Source: Anaerolineae bacterium (GTDB lineage: Bacteria; Chloroflexota; Anaerolineae; Epilineales; Epilineaceae). Taken from it: a DNA stretch of 64,000 bases. Positions within the stretch are counted from its first letter, which is position 1. Each line of letters opens with the position of its first letter. The notes under the pieces are model-generated. The model saw nothing but the letters and a program-made list of their open reading frames with translations. It did no database searches and was not told where the DNA came from. The position numbers were made by a program, and so were the translations under genes. Where the stretch lies: the NCBI GenBank assembly GCA_029262755.1, contig JAJCYU010000008.1, forward strand, positions 114 to 64,113, in the 5' to 3' direction. Below are positions 46,258 to 56,200 of the stretch, piece after piece.

Positions 46258-46926
46258 CTACTCCGCGAACACCGGCAGGTGTCCCAGCGCCAGGACGTGC
46301 TGCCAACGATCGGGGTCGCCCTCGGTGAAGACCGCCATCTCGGCGGCGATGCCGGCGCCCGCGCGTTGTAGGATGTCGTGCATCGCGGCGAGCGTGCTGC
46401 CGGTAGAGATCACGTCATCGACCAGGACGGCGCGCGCGCCTTGCAGGAGGGGGCGGTCTTTCGCGTCCAGGACAAGCTGCTGCTCGGCGCCCGTGGTAAT
46501 GCTCTTGGTCGTGGCGCGGAGGCTTTCGCCCATGTAGGGCTTCCAGGACTTGCGCAAGATGACATGCGGCAGGCCGCTGCGCCGGGCCATGGCGTAGGCC
46601 AGCGGGATGCTCTTGGCCTCGGCGGTCACGAGGACCGTGGCATCGTCCGGCAGCATCGCGCACAGGCCCTTCGCGGCGGCCTCCGTGACCTCGACGTCGC
46701 CGAGCATGTTGAACACGGCGATCGAGACGCCCGGCGCGACCTCGAAGAGCGGCAGATCGCGGCGGAGGCCGTCGATCGTGACGGGCCACGTGGTGGGGGC
46801 TGGCGCGGATGCAGGGTTAGGGGGGTGGGCGGGAGTCGTGGCGGGATTCGTAGCGGGTTCGGCGGCGGGAGACGGCGCAGGGGAGGCGGGATCGCGCGCT
46901 TCGGTCGGATGATCGCCGGCGCTCAT
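46258..46926 (-). CDS. Phosphoribosyltransferase-domain protein (type I PRTase)
   Basis: PRPP-binding loop [17 protein letters not shown]. Start at the internal ATG ([10 protein letters not shown]); the upstream extension is Arg/Pro-rich. The start overlaps the hutU stop. Confidence 0.6.
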   Translation of the reverse strand: MSAGDHPTEARDPASPAPSPAAEPATNPATTPAHPPNPASAPAPTTWPVTIDGLRRDLPLFEVAPGVSIAVFNMLGDVEVTEAAAKGLCAMLPDDATVLVTAEAKSIPLAYAMARRSGLPHVILRKSWKPYMGESLRATTKSITTGAEQQLVLDAKDRPLLQGARAVLVDDVISTGSTLAAMHDILQRAGAGIAAEMAVFTEGDPDRWQHVLALGHLPVFAE

Positions 46927-48659
46927 GCGTCTTCGTCCGCGCGCATCGGGATGCGCAGGCCTTGGGCGCGGGCTGTGTCCAGCGCGATGTCGTAGCCGGC
47001 GTCCGCGTGGCGGAAGACGCCGAGGGCGGGGTCGTTGGTGAGGACGCGCTCGATGCGCGCGGCGGCTTCCGGGCTGCCGTCCGCCACCACGACCTGGCCG
47101 GCGTGCTGCGAGAAGCCGATACCCACGCCGCCGCCATGGTGGAAGCTGACCCACGTGGCGCCGCTGGCGACATTGGCCATGAGGTTGAGCAGCGGCCAGT
47201 CGGAGACCGCGTCCGTGCCGTCCTTCATGCCCTCCGTCTCGCGCCGCGGGCTGGCCACGGAGCCCGTGTCCAGGTGATCGCGGCCGATGACCAGCGGCGC
47301 AGAGATCCGGCCGTCTGCCACCGCGGCGTTGAAGGCCAGGCCGGCCTGCGCGCGCTCGCCTTGGCCGAGCCAGCAGATGCGGGCCGGCAAGCCCTGGTAC
47401 GCGACGCGCTCGCGGGCCATGTGCAGCCAGCGGTGGAGGGGTTCGTCGTCGGGGAAGAGCTTCGCCACGATCTCGTCGGTGACGTCGATGTCCTTCGGAT
47501 CGCCGGACAGTGCCGCCCAGCGGAAGGGGCCCTTGCCCTCGCAGAAGAGCGGGCGAATAAAGGCCGGGACGAAGCCGGGAAAGTCGAAGGCGTTCTCGAC
47601 CCCGGCATCGAAGGCGCGCTGGCGCAGGTTGTTGCCGTAGTCGAACACGATCGAGCCGCGCTCCTGGAAGGCGAGCATCGCGCGTACGTGGTCGGCCATG
47701 GATGCCATGGACTCGCGTTCGTAGGCGACGGGATCCGCGCTGCGCAGAAGGTCGGCCTCCTCGGGCACGAGGTGGTGGGGGACGTAGGCCATCACGTCGT
47801 GGGCCGGCGTCTGATCGGTCACGATGTCGATTGCGTAGTCGGCGCTAAGGATCGTGGGCAGGATTTCAGCCGCGTTGCCGAGCAGGCCGATCGAGAGCGC
47901 TTCACCGGCCTCTTTAGCACGGGTAGCCCGTTCGAGCGCTTCCTCCACGTCGGCGGTCCACGTGTCCAGATAGCGGGTCTCGATGCGCCGCTCGATTCGC
48001 TGCTGGTCGACTTCCACGACGATCGCGACACCCTCGTTCATCGTCACGGCCAGGGGCTGCGCGCCGCCCATGCCGCCGAGGCCCGCGGTGAGCGTGATCG
48101 TGCCGCGCAGGCTGCCGCCGAAGTGGCGGCGGGCGCATTCGGCTAGCGTTTCGTAGGTGCCCTGCAGGATGCCCTGGGTGCCGATGTAGATCCATGAGCC
48201 GGCCGTCATCTGCCCGTACATCATCAGGCCCTTGGCCGCGAGGTCGTCGAAGTGCTCCTGCGTGGCCCAGTGGGGAACTAGGTTGCTGTTGGCGATCATC
48301 ACCCGTGGCGCGTCGGCGTGGGTGCGGATGACCCCGACCGGCTTGCCGCTTTGGACCAGCAGCGTTTCGTCGTCCGCCAGACGACGCAGCTCATGCACGA
48401 TCGCGTCGAAGGCCTCCCACGAGCGCGCGGCTTGGCCGCGCCCGCCGTATACGACGAGCTGGTCGGGGATCTCGGCCACTTCCGGATCGAGGTTGTTCAT
48501 CAGCATCCGCAGCGCCGCTTCCTGCAACCAGCCGCGGCAGGAGATCGTGGTGCCGCGCGGGGCGCGTACGGTGCGCGCGCCGGAAGGGGCCGCGGGGGAC
48601 ACCGGGGCCGCAGGCGGTGGAGCGGCTGAAGGGACGGAGGAGGGGGAGGGCGAGGGCAT
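46923..48659 (-). CDS. hutU: Urocanate hydratase
   Basis: [32 protein letters not shown]...[14 protein letters not shown]... matches the full-length HutU pattern (579 aa). Confidence 0.85.
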   Translation of the reverse strand: MPSPSPSSVPSAAPPPAAPVSPAAPSGARTVRAPRGTTISCRGWLQEAALRMLMNNLDPEVAEIPDQLVVYGGRGQAARSWEAFDAIVHELRRLADDETLLVQSGKPVGVIRTHADAPRVMIANSNLVPHWATQEHFDDLAAKGLMMYGQMTAGSWIYIGTQGILQGTYETLAECARRHFGGSLRGTITLTAGLGGMGGAQPLAVTMNEGVAIVVEVDQQRIERRIETRYLDTWTADVEEALERATRAKEAGEALSIGLLGNAAEILPTILSADYAIDIVTDQTPAHDVMAYVPHHLVPEEADLLRSADPVAYERESMASMADHVRAMLAFQERGSIVFDYGNNLRQRAFDAGVENAFDFPGFVPAFIRPLFCEGKGPFRWAALSGDPKDIDVTDEIVAKLFPDDEPLHRWLHMARERVAYQGLPARICWLGQGERAQAGLAFNAAVADGRISAPLVIGRDHLDTGSVASPRRETEGMKDGTDAVSDWPLLNLMANVASGATWVSFHHGGGVGIGFSQHAGQVVVADGSPEAAARIERVLTNDPALGVFRHADAGYDIALDTARAQGLRIPMRADEDA

Positions 48660-48879
48660 GGCGGCTCCGGGCTGCAATCTGCTGAGGGGGCAGACAGGGG
48701 GCATTCCGTGGGTTGGTTGACGCGCGTCCCGCAGGATCGGCCGGCCCGTGCAACGAAGCGGGCAATCGCGGAAACACGGGGTGGCTATGGTGCCACACGG
48801 GCCAGGGCGGCACAACGGAATCCACGCGCCATTGCGCCGCGCGATCGGCTATACTCGCGCTGGGTCGCGACTTGGATTA

Positions 48880-49075
48880 TGACGTGGCCCACGCCCCGTG
48901 GCGGGGGAAGTCCGGTGAGAGTCCGGCGCTGTCGCGCAACGGTAACCACGCTCGCCGCGAGTGGATGGAATGGGGAGATCGGCCTAGACGTCGGCCACCC
49001 TGATCGCTTCGCTCGCACTTCGTGGAAGCCCGAGTACCCGTCCGGTGGTGTTCGTCCCATCAGCCCTCGCGTACC
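48880..49075 (+). ncRNA. Cobalamin (AdoCbl) riboswitch candidate in the 5' leader of the DUF4430-like/ECF operon
   Basis: GGGAAGTCCGGTGAGAGTCCGGCGCTGTCGCGCAACGGTAA matches the cobalamin-riboswitch core (GGGAA..GGTG.AA.TCC..GC.G.C.CGCAAC.GTAA). The downstream GGAAGCCCGAGTACCCGTCC is a degenerate B12-box-like segment. Confidence 0.55.
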
Positions 49076-49199
49076 GGGGCTCGCGGACGAGGACCGGACG
49101 ACCCGGACCGTGAGCGTGCCCGACACGCAACGGCCGACGTAGCGGCCCCCGCCCTCGGCACCCCGGCGCACCGACCCCCGTGCCGGAGGCGCCGTCTCA

Positions 49200-51568
49200 T
49201 GAATACCCGTATTCCTGGTCCCCGTTTCAACCAAGTTCCCCCTCCATCCGCTAGCCTGAGCACGCGATCCCTGCGATCGTCACAGCTCGCCCGCCATGTC
49301 GCGCGCCTCTTCGCGCCCCGCCGGGCGCGCGGCCCGATCGCCGTCGTCGCGCTTGGGGCCGGCTTCGCGCTCGCCCTTGTACTTGGTGGGGCTTGGGCCG
49401 GGCCATCGGGGCCCTGGGGGCCCGGTGCGCTCGATGCGCATGGTGGCTTGGACGTTGACGTCGTGGTGGATTTCGGCGACGGGCGCGTCGAGGTGGCGCA
49501 CCTGGATGCGATCTCCGGGACGACGGCGCTCGACGCGCTGTACGCCACCGGGCTCGAGGTCGTGACGCACCACGCCGGCTTCGGGTTGGCCGTGTGCAGC
49601 GTGGGCGGTGTCGGCTGTCCGGCGGACGATTGTTTCTGCGCCTGTCAGGGAGAGGACTGCCGTTTCTGGGGCTTCCAGCACGGCGACGGGGCGGGGGGCT
49701 GGACGAGCGCGGCCGAAGGGGCGGGAGACTTCCTCCTTCCCGAGGCGGGGTCGGTGCAGGGCTTCGTATGGGGTCGGCCCGCGCCCATGGCGTGGACGCC
49801 CGAGCGCTTGGGTGCGATGAACGCGTGGACGTGGCTGCGCGGACAGATCCAACCGGACGGCGGACTCTTCGACCCTGGGCTCACCTTGGACGGCCTGCTG
49901 GCCGCGCGGGCGGTGCAGGCGGATCCTGCCGGCTGGCGCGCGGGCGACGGCGGGCCGAGCGCCGTGGATAACGTGCGCGCCGCGGCAGGCAGCTACCCCG
50001 CAATCGGTGCGGCGCAGGCGGGCAAGTACCTGGCCGGGTTGGCGGCGTTGGATCAAGGCCGGGTCACGCCGGAGGAACTCGCGAGCGCCAGGGCGCAGAC
50101 GCTCAGGACCGTCGACCTTGGGTCCGGGCGTTTTGGCGCGTCTGTTTGGGACCAGTCCTGGGCGATGATCGGCCTCGCAGCCTCGGACTTGCCCATCGGC
50201 GTGACGTGGATCGCGGCCTTGGAAGCGGAGGCGGCGGCCAGCGGTGGCTGGGGCGATCTGCCGGGCGCCGAAAGCGCGAGCCCGGACGCGACCGGCCTGG
50301 CACTGGCGGCGCTCGGCGCGGCCGGGGCGTCGGAGAGCCCCGCCGTAGCGCCGGCCTTGGCGTGGCTGACTGCGACGCGCCACGCGAACGGCGGCTGGGG
50401 CGGCGACGGGTCGGGCGATACGCCGGCCGGCAACGTGAACTCGTCCGCGTTGGTGGTCACCGGCCTGCTGGCCGTGGGCGAGGATCCGCGCGCAACACCG
50501 TGGACGGTCGATGGCGTGGGGCCGCTTACCTACCTGGCCTCGACACAGGAAGCCGAGGGCTTTCTTCTCCATACCCCCGATGCCAGCGAGCTGCTGGCCA
50601 CGCTGCAGGCAATCCCGGCGATGTCGGGACGCAGTCCCTTGCTGCGCGGCGCGGCGGTTTCGAGCGCACGCGCGGTGCAGGCGGCCCTGGACGAGCGGCA
50701 GATGAGCGGCGCCTTCGCGGCCGGTTTCATCGAGGGTGGTCCGGCGGCGACGATCGATGCGCTGCTTGCGCTGCATGCGGCCGGCGTGGATCCGGAAGAA
50801 GCGTTGGAGCAAGGTGCGCTCAGCGTGACCGCGTGGCTGATCGCCGAAGGTCCCGCCTACGCGCTGTCGGGCGCCGAGGGCGCAGGCCGGGTCGCGGCGG
50901 CGGCGGTGGCGTTGGGTCTCGACCCCGCGAACGTGGGCGGCGCTGACATCGCGGCGACCTTGGCCGGGCATCTCGACGCCGTGACCGGCCTCTTCGGGGA
51001 CGGCGCAACCGCGTCCCAAGCGTGGGCAATGATCGGCTGGTCGGCGTTGGGGCGCGACGTGCCGGACACCGTCATCGATGCGCTAATGGCGTTGGCCGGC
51101 GACGGCGGCTGGAGCATCGGCGCCGGCGCGCCCGTGGCGGACGCCGACAGTACGGCGCTCGCGCTTGAGGCGCTCGTCGCGGCGGGGCTGTCGGCCGATG
51201 ACGTGCGGGTGCGCGGCGTGGTTGCGGCACTCGGCGGCTTCCAGGATGCGAGCGGTGGCTTCCGCGGCCTCTTCGGCATCGCCAGCGCAGACACGACGGC
51301 GCGCGCGATCGTCGCGCTATCGGCGGCGGGCCAGCACGTCGACGCTCCGGGCTGGGCGCGCAGCCGCGATGGCCTGCGCTGGACGACGCCGCGCGAGGCG
51401 CTGACGGCGATGCAGTTGCCGAACGGACACTTCCCCGGCCTCGGCGACCAGCCGGATCCGAGCGCGACTTACGTGGCCCTGCGCGGCCTGGTCACGCGCG
51501 CGGAGTACGTGGCGCCGGAGGCCTCCGGTGGTCGCGTGTACCTGCCGTTGCTGGTGCGCCCGCGATGA
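49200..51568 (+). CDS. Secreted protein: N-terminal DUF4430-like (BtuG/transcobalamin-like) domain plus prenyltransferase/terpene-cyclase-like alpha/alpha-toroid repeats; C-terminus GRVYLPLLVRPR
   Basis: CPADDCFCACQGEDCRFWGFQH is the DUF4430-like Cys motif. Repeats ASGGWGDLPGAES, ANGGWGGDGSGD, GDGGWSIGAG. Signal-like IAVVALGAGFALALVLGGAWA. Confidence 0.65.
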
Positions 51569-53250
51569 GGCGGCGCTTCGGAGCGGTGGTCAAGGCAGTA
51601 GCAGGGGCGGGGCGAGCGAGCGGGGTTGCGCGTTGGCGGCGCATGTCGCGCTCGGAGCGGGCGCTGCGATCCGGTCGGCCGCGTCCCTCGCGCCCGCGAC
51701 CCTCGCGCCCGCGACCCTCGCGCCCGCGACCCTCGCGACCCTCGCGACCCTCGCGTCGCTCGCGATCGGTAGCGTCCGCCGCGCTTTCGACCCTCGTCGT
51801 CGGTCTAGCGGTGTTTGCTACGTTCGCAGCGGGCAGTAGCGGAGGCGGTGGCAGTGGCGGCGGAATTCGCGCTGAATTTGGAGGCGGTGGCAGTGGCAGT
51901 GGCAGCGACGGCGGTCGTGACGGTGGTCGCGACATCGGCCGCGACTCAGTGGCGGGGCGCATCCGTGCACTGTGGGCGGTGTCCGGCGTGGCGGCGCAGG
52001 AGGCGCCGGCGTTGGCCGGTCTCGTCGTCGCGATGCCGGATGGGTCGACGTTGGAGGCCTGCGTGGCCTTGGATGCGGACGAGATCAGCGGCGAGGAGTT
52101 GCTTGCGCGGGCTGGTGTGGTCGTCGGCGCGCGACGGACGCCGTTGGGGGCCATGGTCTGCGCGCTGGACGGACAAGGCTGCGATCATCCGGTGGAGCCT
52201 TGCTGGTGCGAGTGTCGCAGCCTGGGCGAAGACTGCCGTTATTGGGCATACCACGTGCGCGAGGAAAGCGGCTGGCGCTACGCGCCGCTCGGCCCGAGCG
52301 CCCGCCGGGTCGGCCACGGTGACGTGGATGGCTGGGCATGGGGCGCCGGCACCATCGCAAGCGGCGCCCAGCCGCCCGAGCGAACGTTTGCTGAGCTATG
52401 CGCGGCCGGTGCGACGGGCTCAGCGCCGGGTGGTGCAGCGCGTGGCGCACCAGGCGGTGCGACGGCAGGTGCGAGCGGATCGAACGCGCAGGCAACGCAG
52501 GCGGCGGTCGCTTCGCAGTCAGCGCGGGCGACGGCGGCAGCGCGGTCGGGCGGCGCCGCGACGCGGCCGGCGGAACCGGGGGGCGGTCGCGATGGGCAAA
52601 CTGGACGTGCTGGAGATGGGAGAAGGGAGGATGGTCGGAGCGGAGAAGGCCCGACGGAGGTAGGCGGTGCGGGTTCCTCGAATGGAACGGTGGTCGCAGA
52701 TTCGAGCCTGAGCGCGGGGTCCGGCGACGGAATGAGCGCTGGGACGCGGGACGCAACGGGTGCGGGCGCCCCCGGGGGCTCCGGGGGCTCCGATGGCGGC
52801 GGGGGACCCGACGCGGGAGCGAGCGACGGGGTGGATCTGGATGGCGCGGACGCGCAAGGGCCGCCGGCGATGGGCGCCGGTGCGTCGAGCGGCCGTACGA
52901 TCGCGACGCCGGGTGGTGGCGCGGGATCGGCGGGCGGGCGCACGGGTGATGCAGATCGCGCCGGCGACGGAGGTGCGGCGCCGGGGGCCGGCGCGTCTCG
53001 CGGCGGCGGTCGCGGGGACGGCGTGGCGGACGGTGGGATAGGCACCGCGGGTGGCGATCTTGAGCGCGGTGACTCTGACGGTGACGATCGCAATGGTGAC
53101 GATCGCGACGGTAACGATCGCATTGGTGACGATCGAGACAGCGGCGGCTTCCTTAGCGTGGGAGCCGCGGCGCGATCCGATGCGCTCTTTGGGGTGCTGG
53201 TCGCCGGGCTGCTGATCGCCGGGCTTGTTTGGTTGCGGCGGACGGTTTGA
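51565..53250 (+). CDS. Second DUF4430-like domain protein with extensive low-complexity tandem repeats and a C-terminal TM anchor
   Basis: EPCWCECRSLGEDCRYWAYH is the paralogous motif. SRPRPSRPRP and NGDDRDGNDRIGDDRD repeats. C-terminal helix LFGVLVAGLLIAGLVWL. ATGA overlap with the upstream gene. Confidence 0.6.
   Translation: MRRRFGAVVKAVAGAGRASGVARWRRMSRSERALRSGRPRPSRPRPSRPRPSRPRPSRPSRPSRRSRSVASAALSTLVVGLAVFATFAAGSSGGGGSGGGIRAEFGGGGSGSGSDGGRDGGRDIGRDSVAGRIRALWAVSGVAAQEAPALAGLVVAMPDGSTLEACVALDADEISGEELLARAGVVVGARRTPLGAMVCALDGQGCDHPVEPCWCECRSLGEDCRYWAYHVREESGWRYAPLGPSARRVGHGDVDGWAWGAGTIASGAQPPERTFAELCAAGATGSAPGGAARGAPGGATAGASGSNAQATQAAVASQSARATAAARSGGAATRPAEPGGGRDGQTGRAGDGRREDGRSGEGPTEVGGAGSSNGTVVADSSLSAGSGDGMSAGTRDATGAGAPGGSGGSDGGGGPDAGASDGVDLDGADAQGPPAMGAGASSGRTIATPGGGAGSAGGRTGDADRAGDGGAAPGAGASRGGGRGDGVADGGIGTAGGDLERGDSDGDDRNGDDRDGNDRIGDDRDSGGFLSVGAAARSDALFGVLVAGLLIAGLVWLRRTV
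51684..51760. repeat. 15-bp (CCTCGCGCCCGCGAC)n and 9-bp tandem repeats within a coding region
   Basis: Direct reading; encodes SRPRP repeats. Confidence 0.7.
53080..53138. repeat. 15-bp tandem repeat (GGTGACGATCGCAAT-like ×4) within a coding region
   Basis: Encodes NGDDRDGNDRIGDDRD. Confidence 0.7.
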
Positions 53251-56200
53251 GGGCAGGGGGCGCGGGCGCAGCGGAGGGATCGATCGCGCCGAGGCGAGCG
53301 GTGGCGCGATCGTCAGGCGGCTGGGGTGCAGGTCTGCCGCTGGTGGGCGTTTCTGTGGTCGCGGCAGCGGCCATCGCGTGGCCGTTCTGGGTGCCGCTGG
53401 CGGCGGGGGCGGCGGAGCGCTTGGCGGGCGAGGGCGGCTCGGCCCTCGGGCCCTACCTGGACGGCGCCGGCGCCGCCGCGACGGCGTCTTGGGCGGGGCC
53501 GTTGCTCCTCGTCCTGTGCGCGCTGGTGCTCGTGCGGGAGGCGGCGGTAGGCATGGGGCCCAAGGCGGTGGCCTTGCTTGGGGCGCTCGCCGCGCTGATG
53601 GCGGCTTTGCGCGTGGTCGAGACGATCGTGCCCGGGCCGGGCGGCTTTTCGCCGGTCTTCGCGTTGATGGTGTTGGCCGGCTACGGCCTCGGCGCGCGCT
53701 TCGGCTTCCTTGCCGGCGTGCTCGGCATGACCGTCTCGGCACTGGCGACGGGCGGCGTCGGGCCGTGGCTGCCCTATCAGGCCATCGCGGCCGGTTGGGT
53801 CGGCGGCACGTCGGGGCTGTTGCCGGGCGCGGGGGGCGAAGGTAGAAGACGCGACGTCTCACGGCGCCGGCTTCTTTGGCTCGCAGCCTTCGCCGCTGCC
53901 TGGGGCTTCGGCTATGGGCTGGTGCTGTCGCTCTGGGGCTGGACGTGGCTGGAGGGTGGCGCGGCGGCCGGGCCCGAGGGCGCGTTGGGCTGGGTCGCAT
54001 CACGTGCGGCGATGGCCCGCTTCGGCCTCTTCTACCTCGGCCTTTCGCTGGGCTGGGACGCATTCCGCGCGGTCGGTAACGCGGCGTTGGTCTTGGCCGT
54101 CGGCGGCCCCGTCCTCGCAGCGCTATGGCGCATGAAGCGCTGGCTCTCGGTCGGCGTGGTGGAGGGCGATGGGGTCGACGGGAGCGACGTGGTCGACGAG
54201 AGCGACGTGGTCGACGAGGGCGATGTGGTTATCGAGAGCGACGTGGTCGACGAGAGCGACGTGGTTGTCGAGAGCGACGTGGTCGTCGCAAGCAACGCGG
54301 TCGACGGGAACCGCGCGGTCGACGGGAACCGCGTGGTCGACGGGAACCGCGTGGTCGGTGCGAGATACAACGAACCGAACGCGAGTAGCGCGGTCTCCGC
54401 TCTTTCCGGCCCGGCGCCCGCGGTCGTGTGGGTCGCGTGGGTGGTTGCGGTGGCGGTGGTGGCTTCGGTGACGCGCAATCCGTGGATCTTGGCGTTGGCG
54501 TGGCTCGTGGTCGAGGTCGTGCGGGCGGCGGTGGCGCGTGGGGCTGCGGCGCCGTTTTCGGTGGCGCGGATGGCGCCGTGGATGATCGGGCTCGCGGCGG
54601 TGTACAACCTCGTCTTGTCGCGCTCCGGGGAGACCGTATTGCTGCGGGTGCCCGCGGCGTGGCCGGTGGTCGGGGGCGCGTGGACGGGTGAGGCGTTGGT
54701 CTACGGGGCATCGACGGGATTGGCGCTGGTCGTGTTGGTGGCGGCGTTTGTCACGTTGCAGGTGGCGGTCTCGCCGCGGGATCTCGTTGCCTTGGCGCCG
54801 CGGGCCTTTGCGGGGCCTGCGATCGTGACCGCCGTTGCGCTCAGCTGGTTGCCTGCGCTGCACACCCGTTGGAACGAGGCGGCCGAGGCGCGCGCGCTAC
54901 GCGGTTTCGGGGAGCGAGGACCGCGGGCGTGGCTGGCCCTGCTCGGGCCGGTGATCGTGGGCTCGTTGGAGCAGGCGACGGAGCTGGCTGAGTCCATGGC
55001 GGCTCGTGGTTTGGTGGATGCGCGTGCACCGTCCTTGGCCCGTCGATGGGCGGCCGGCGTTGGTCTGGCGATCGTCGCCGTCGGGTTGCTCGGGCCATGG
55101 GCCGAGAGCCTGGTACGGTGGGCGATGATCGGTGTGGGAATCGCGTTGCTGGCAGCGGGGCTGCGCGGCGGTGCGGGAGCCGGGCCCCGTCCCACCCGAC
55201 TGCGCGGCGGCCGGTGGCGCAAGCGCGACGTGGTGGTGCTTGCGGCCGTGCTTGGTGCGCTGCTGCTCGTGCTGTTGGTGCCCTCGGTGGCCATCGCGAC
55301 GCGGTGGCAGCCCTACCCCCGACTCTCGTGGCCGCCTGCGCCCGCGCTTGCGGTCCTCGCGGTCACGCTACTGGTCGCGCCGGCGGTGGGGGCGCGGTTG
55401 CGGGTGAGAGGGCCGATAGGGCGAGAGACGGGCCGCCGTCCGCGTGGGGCTCGGCGCAAAGCGGAGGGGGAGGGGACGAGGGCGAGCGATGGGCGATACG
55501 CGGAGTCGGCGGGAGGCACAGATAGACGGTCGCGGCTGCAGTCGGAGCGGCTGCTGGCGAAGCGGGTGCAGGCGGAGGGGGTGCAGGCGGCGCGGGTGTC
55601 GCGCGGGTCCGGCGGGGTTGCGACGAGCGTCGAGAGGGCGCTTGGCGATAGGTCGCTTGGCGATAGGTCGGGCGGAGATTGGGAGAGCGCAGAGAAGGCG
55701 AGCGTCGAGACGAAGAGCGTCGAGAGGGCGAGCAGTTACAAGACGAGCGTCGCCAAGCCGAACGTTGGGCTCGGGCCCGAGATCCGGTGGTCTGACGTCC
55801 GCGTACGCTATCCGGCGGACAGTGCGGACAGTGCGGACGGTGCGGACGGTGCGGACGGTGCGGACGGTGCGGACGGTGCGGACGGTGCGGACGGTGCGGA
55901 CGGTGCGGACGGTGTCGGCGGTGTCGGCGGTGCGGATGCCGCGTGGGGGAGCGCCGTCTTGGACGGGGTTGACGCTCGTGCCCTCGCAGGGGCGTGGACC
56001 TGGGTGGCGGGGTCGAGTGGGGCGGGCAAGTCGACGCTGTTGCGGACGGTGAACGGGTTGGTGCCGCACTTTACGGGTGGGCGGATCGAAGGCGCCGTGC
56101 GGGTTGGGGCGCACGATCCGATACGCACGGGGCCGGCGGGCATGAGCCGTGTCGTCGGCTTCGTCGCGGGCGATCCGGAGGCGCGTTCGATCGCGACGCA

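Noticed and set aside
52519-54063. 514-aa minus-strand ORF across the DUF4430-like/ECF junction
   Set aside because: Pro/Arg/Ala-rich nonsense translation. The plus-strand frame carries recognisable TM and ABC motifs.
54171-55935. Tandem repeat tracts considered as possible CRISPR arrays
   Set aside because: Units are contiguous and only 9–18 bp long, with no interspersed unique spacers of 25–40 bp. They are also in-frame coding repeats. No CRISPR array is present in the window.
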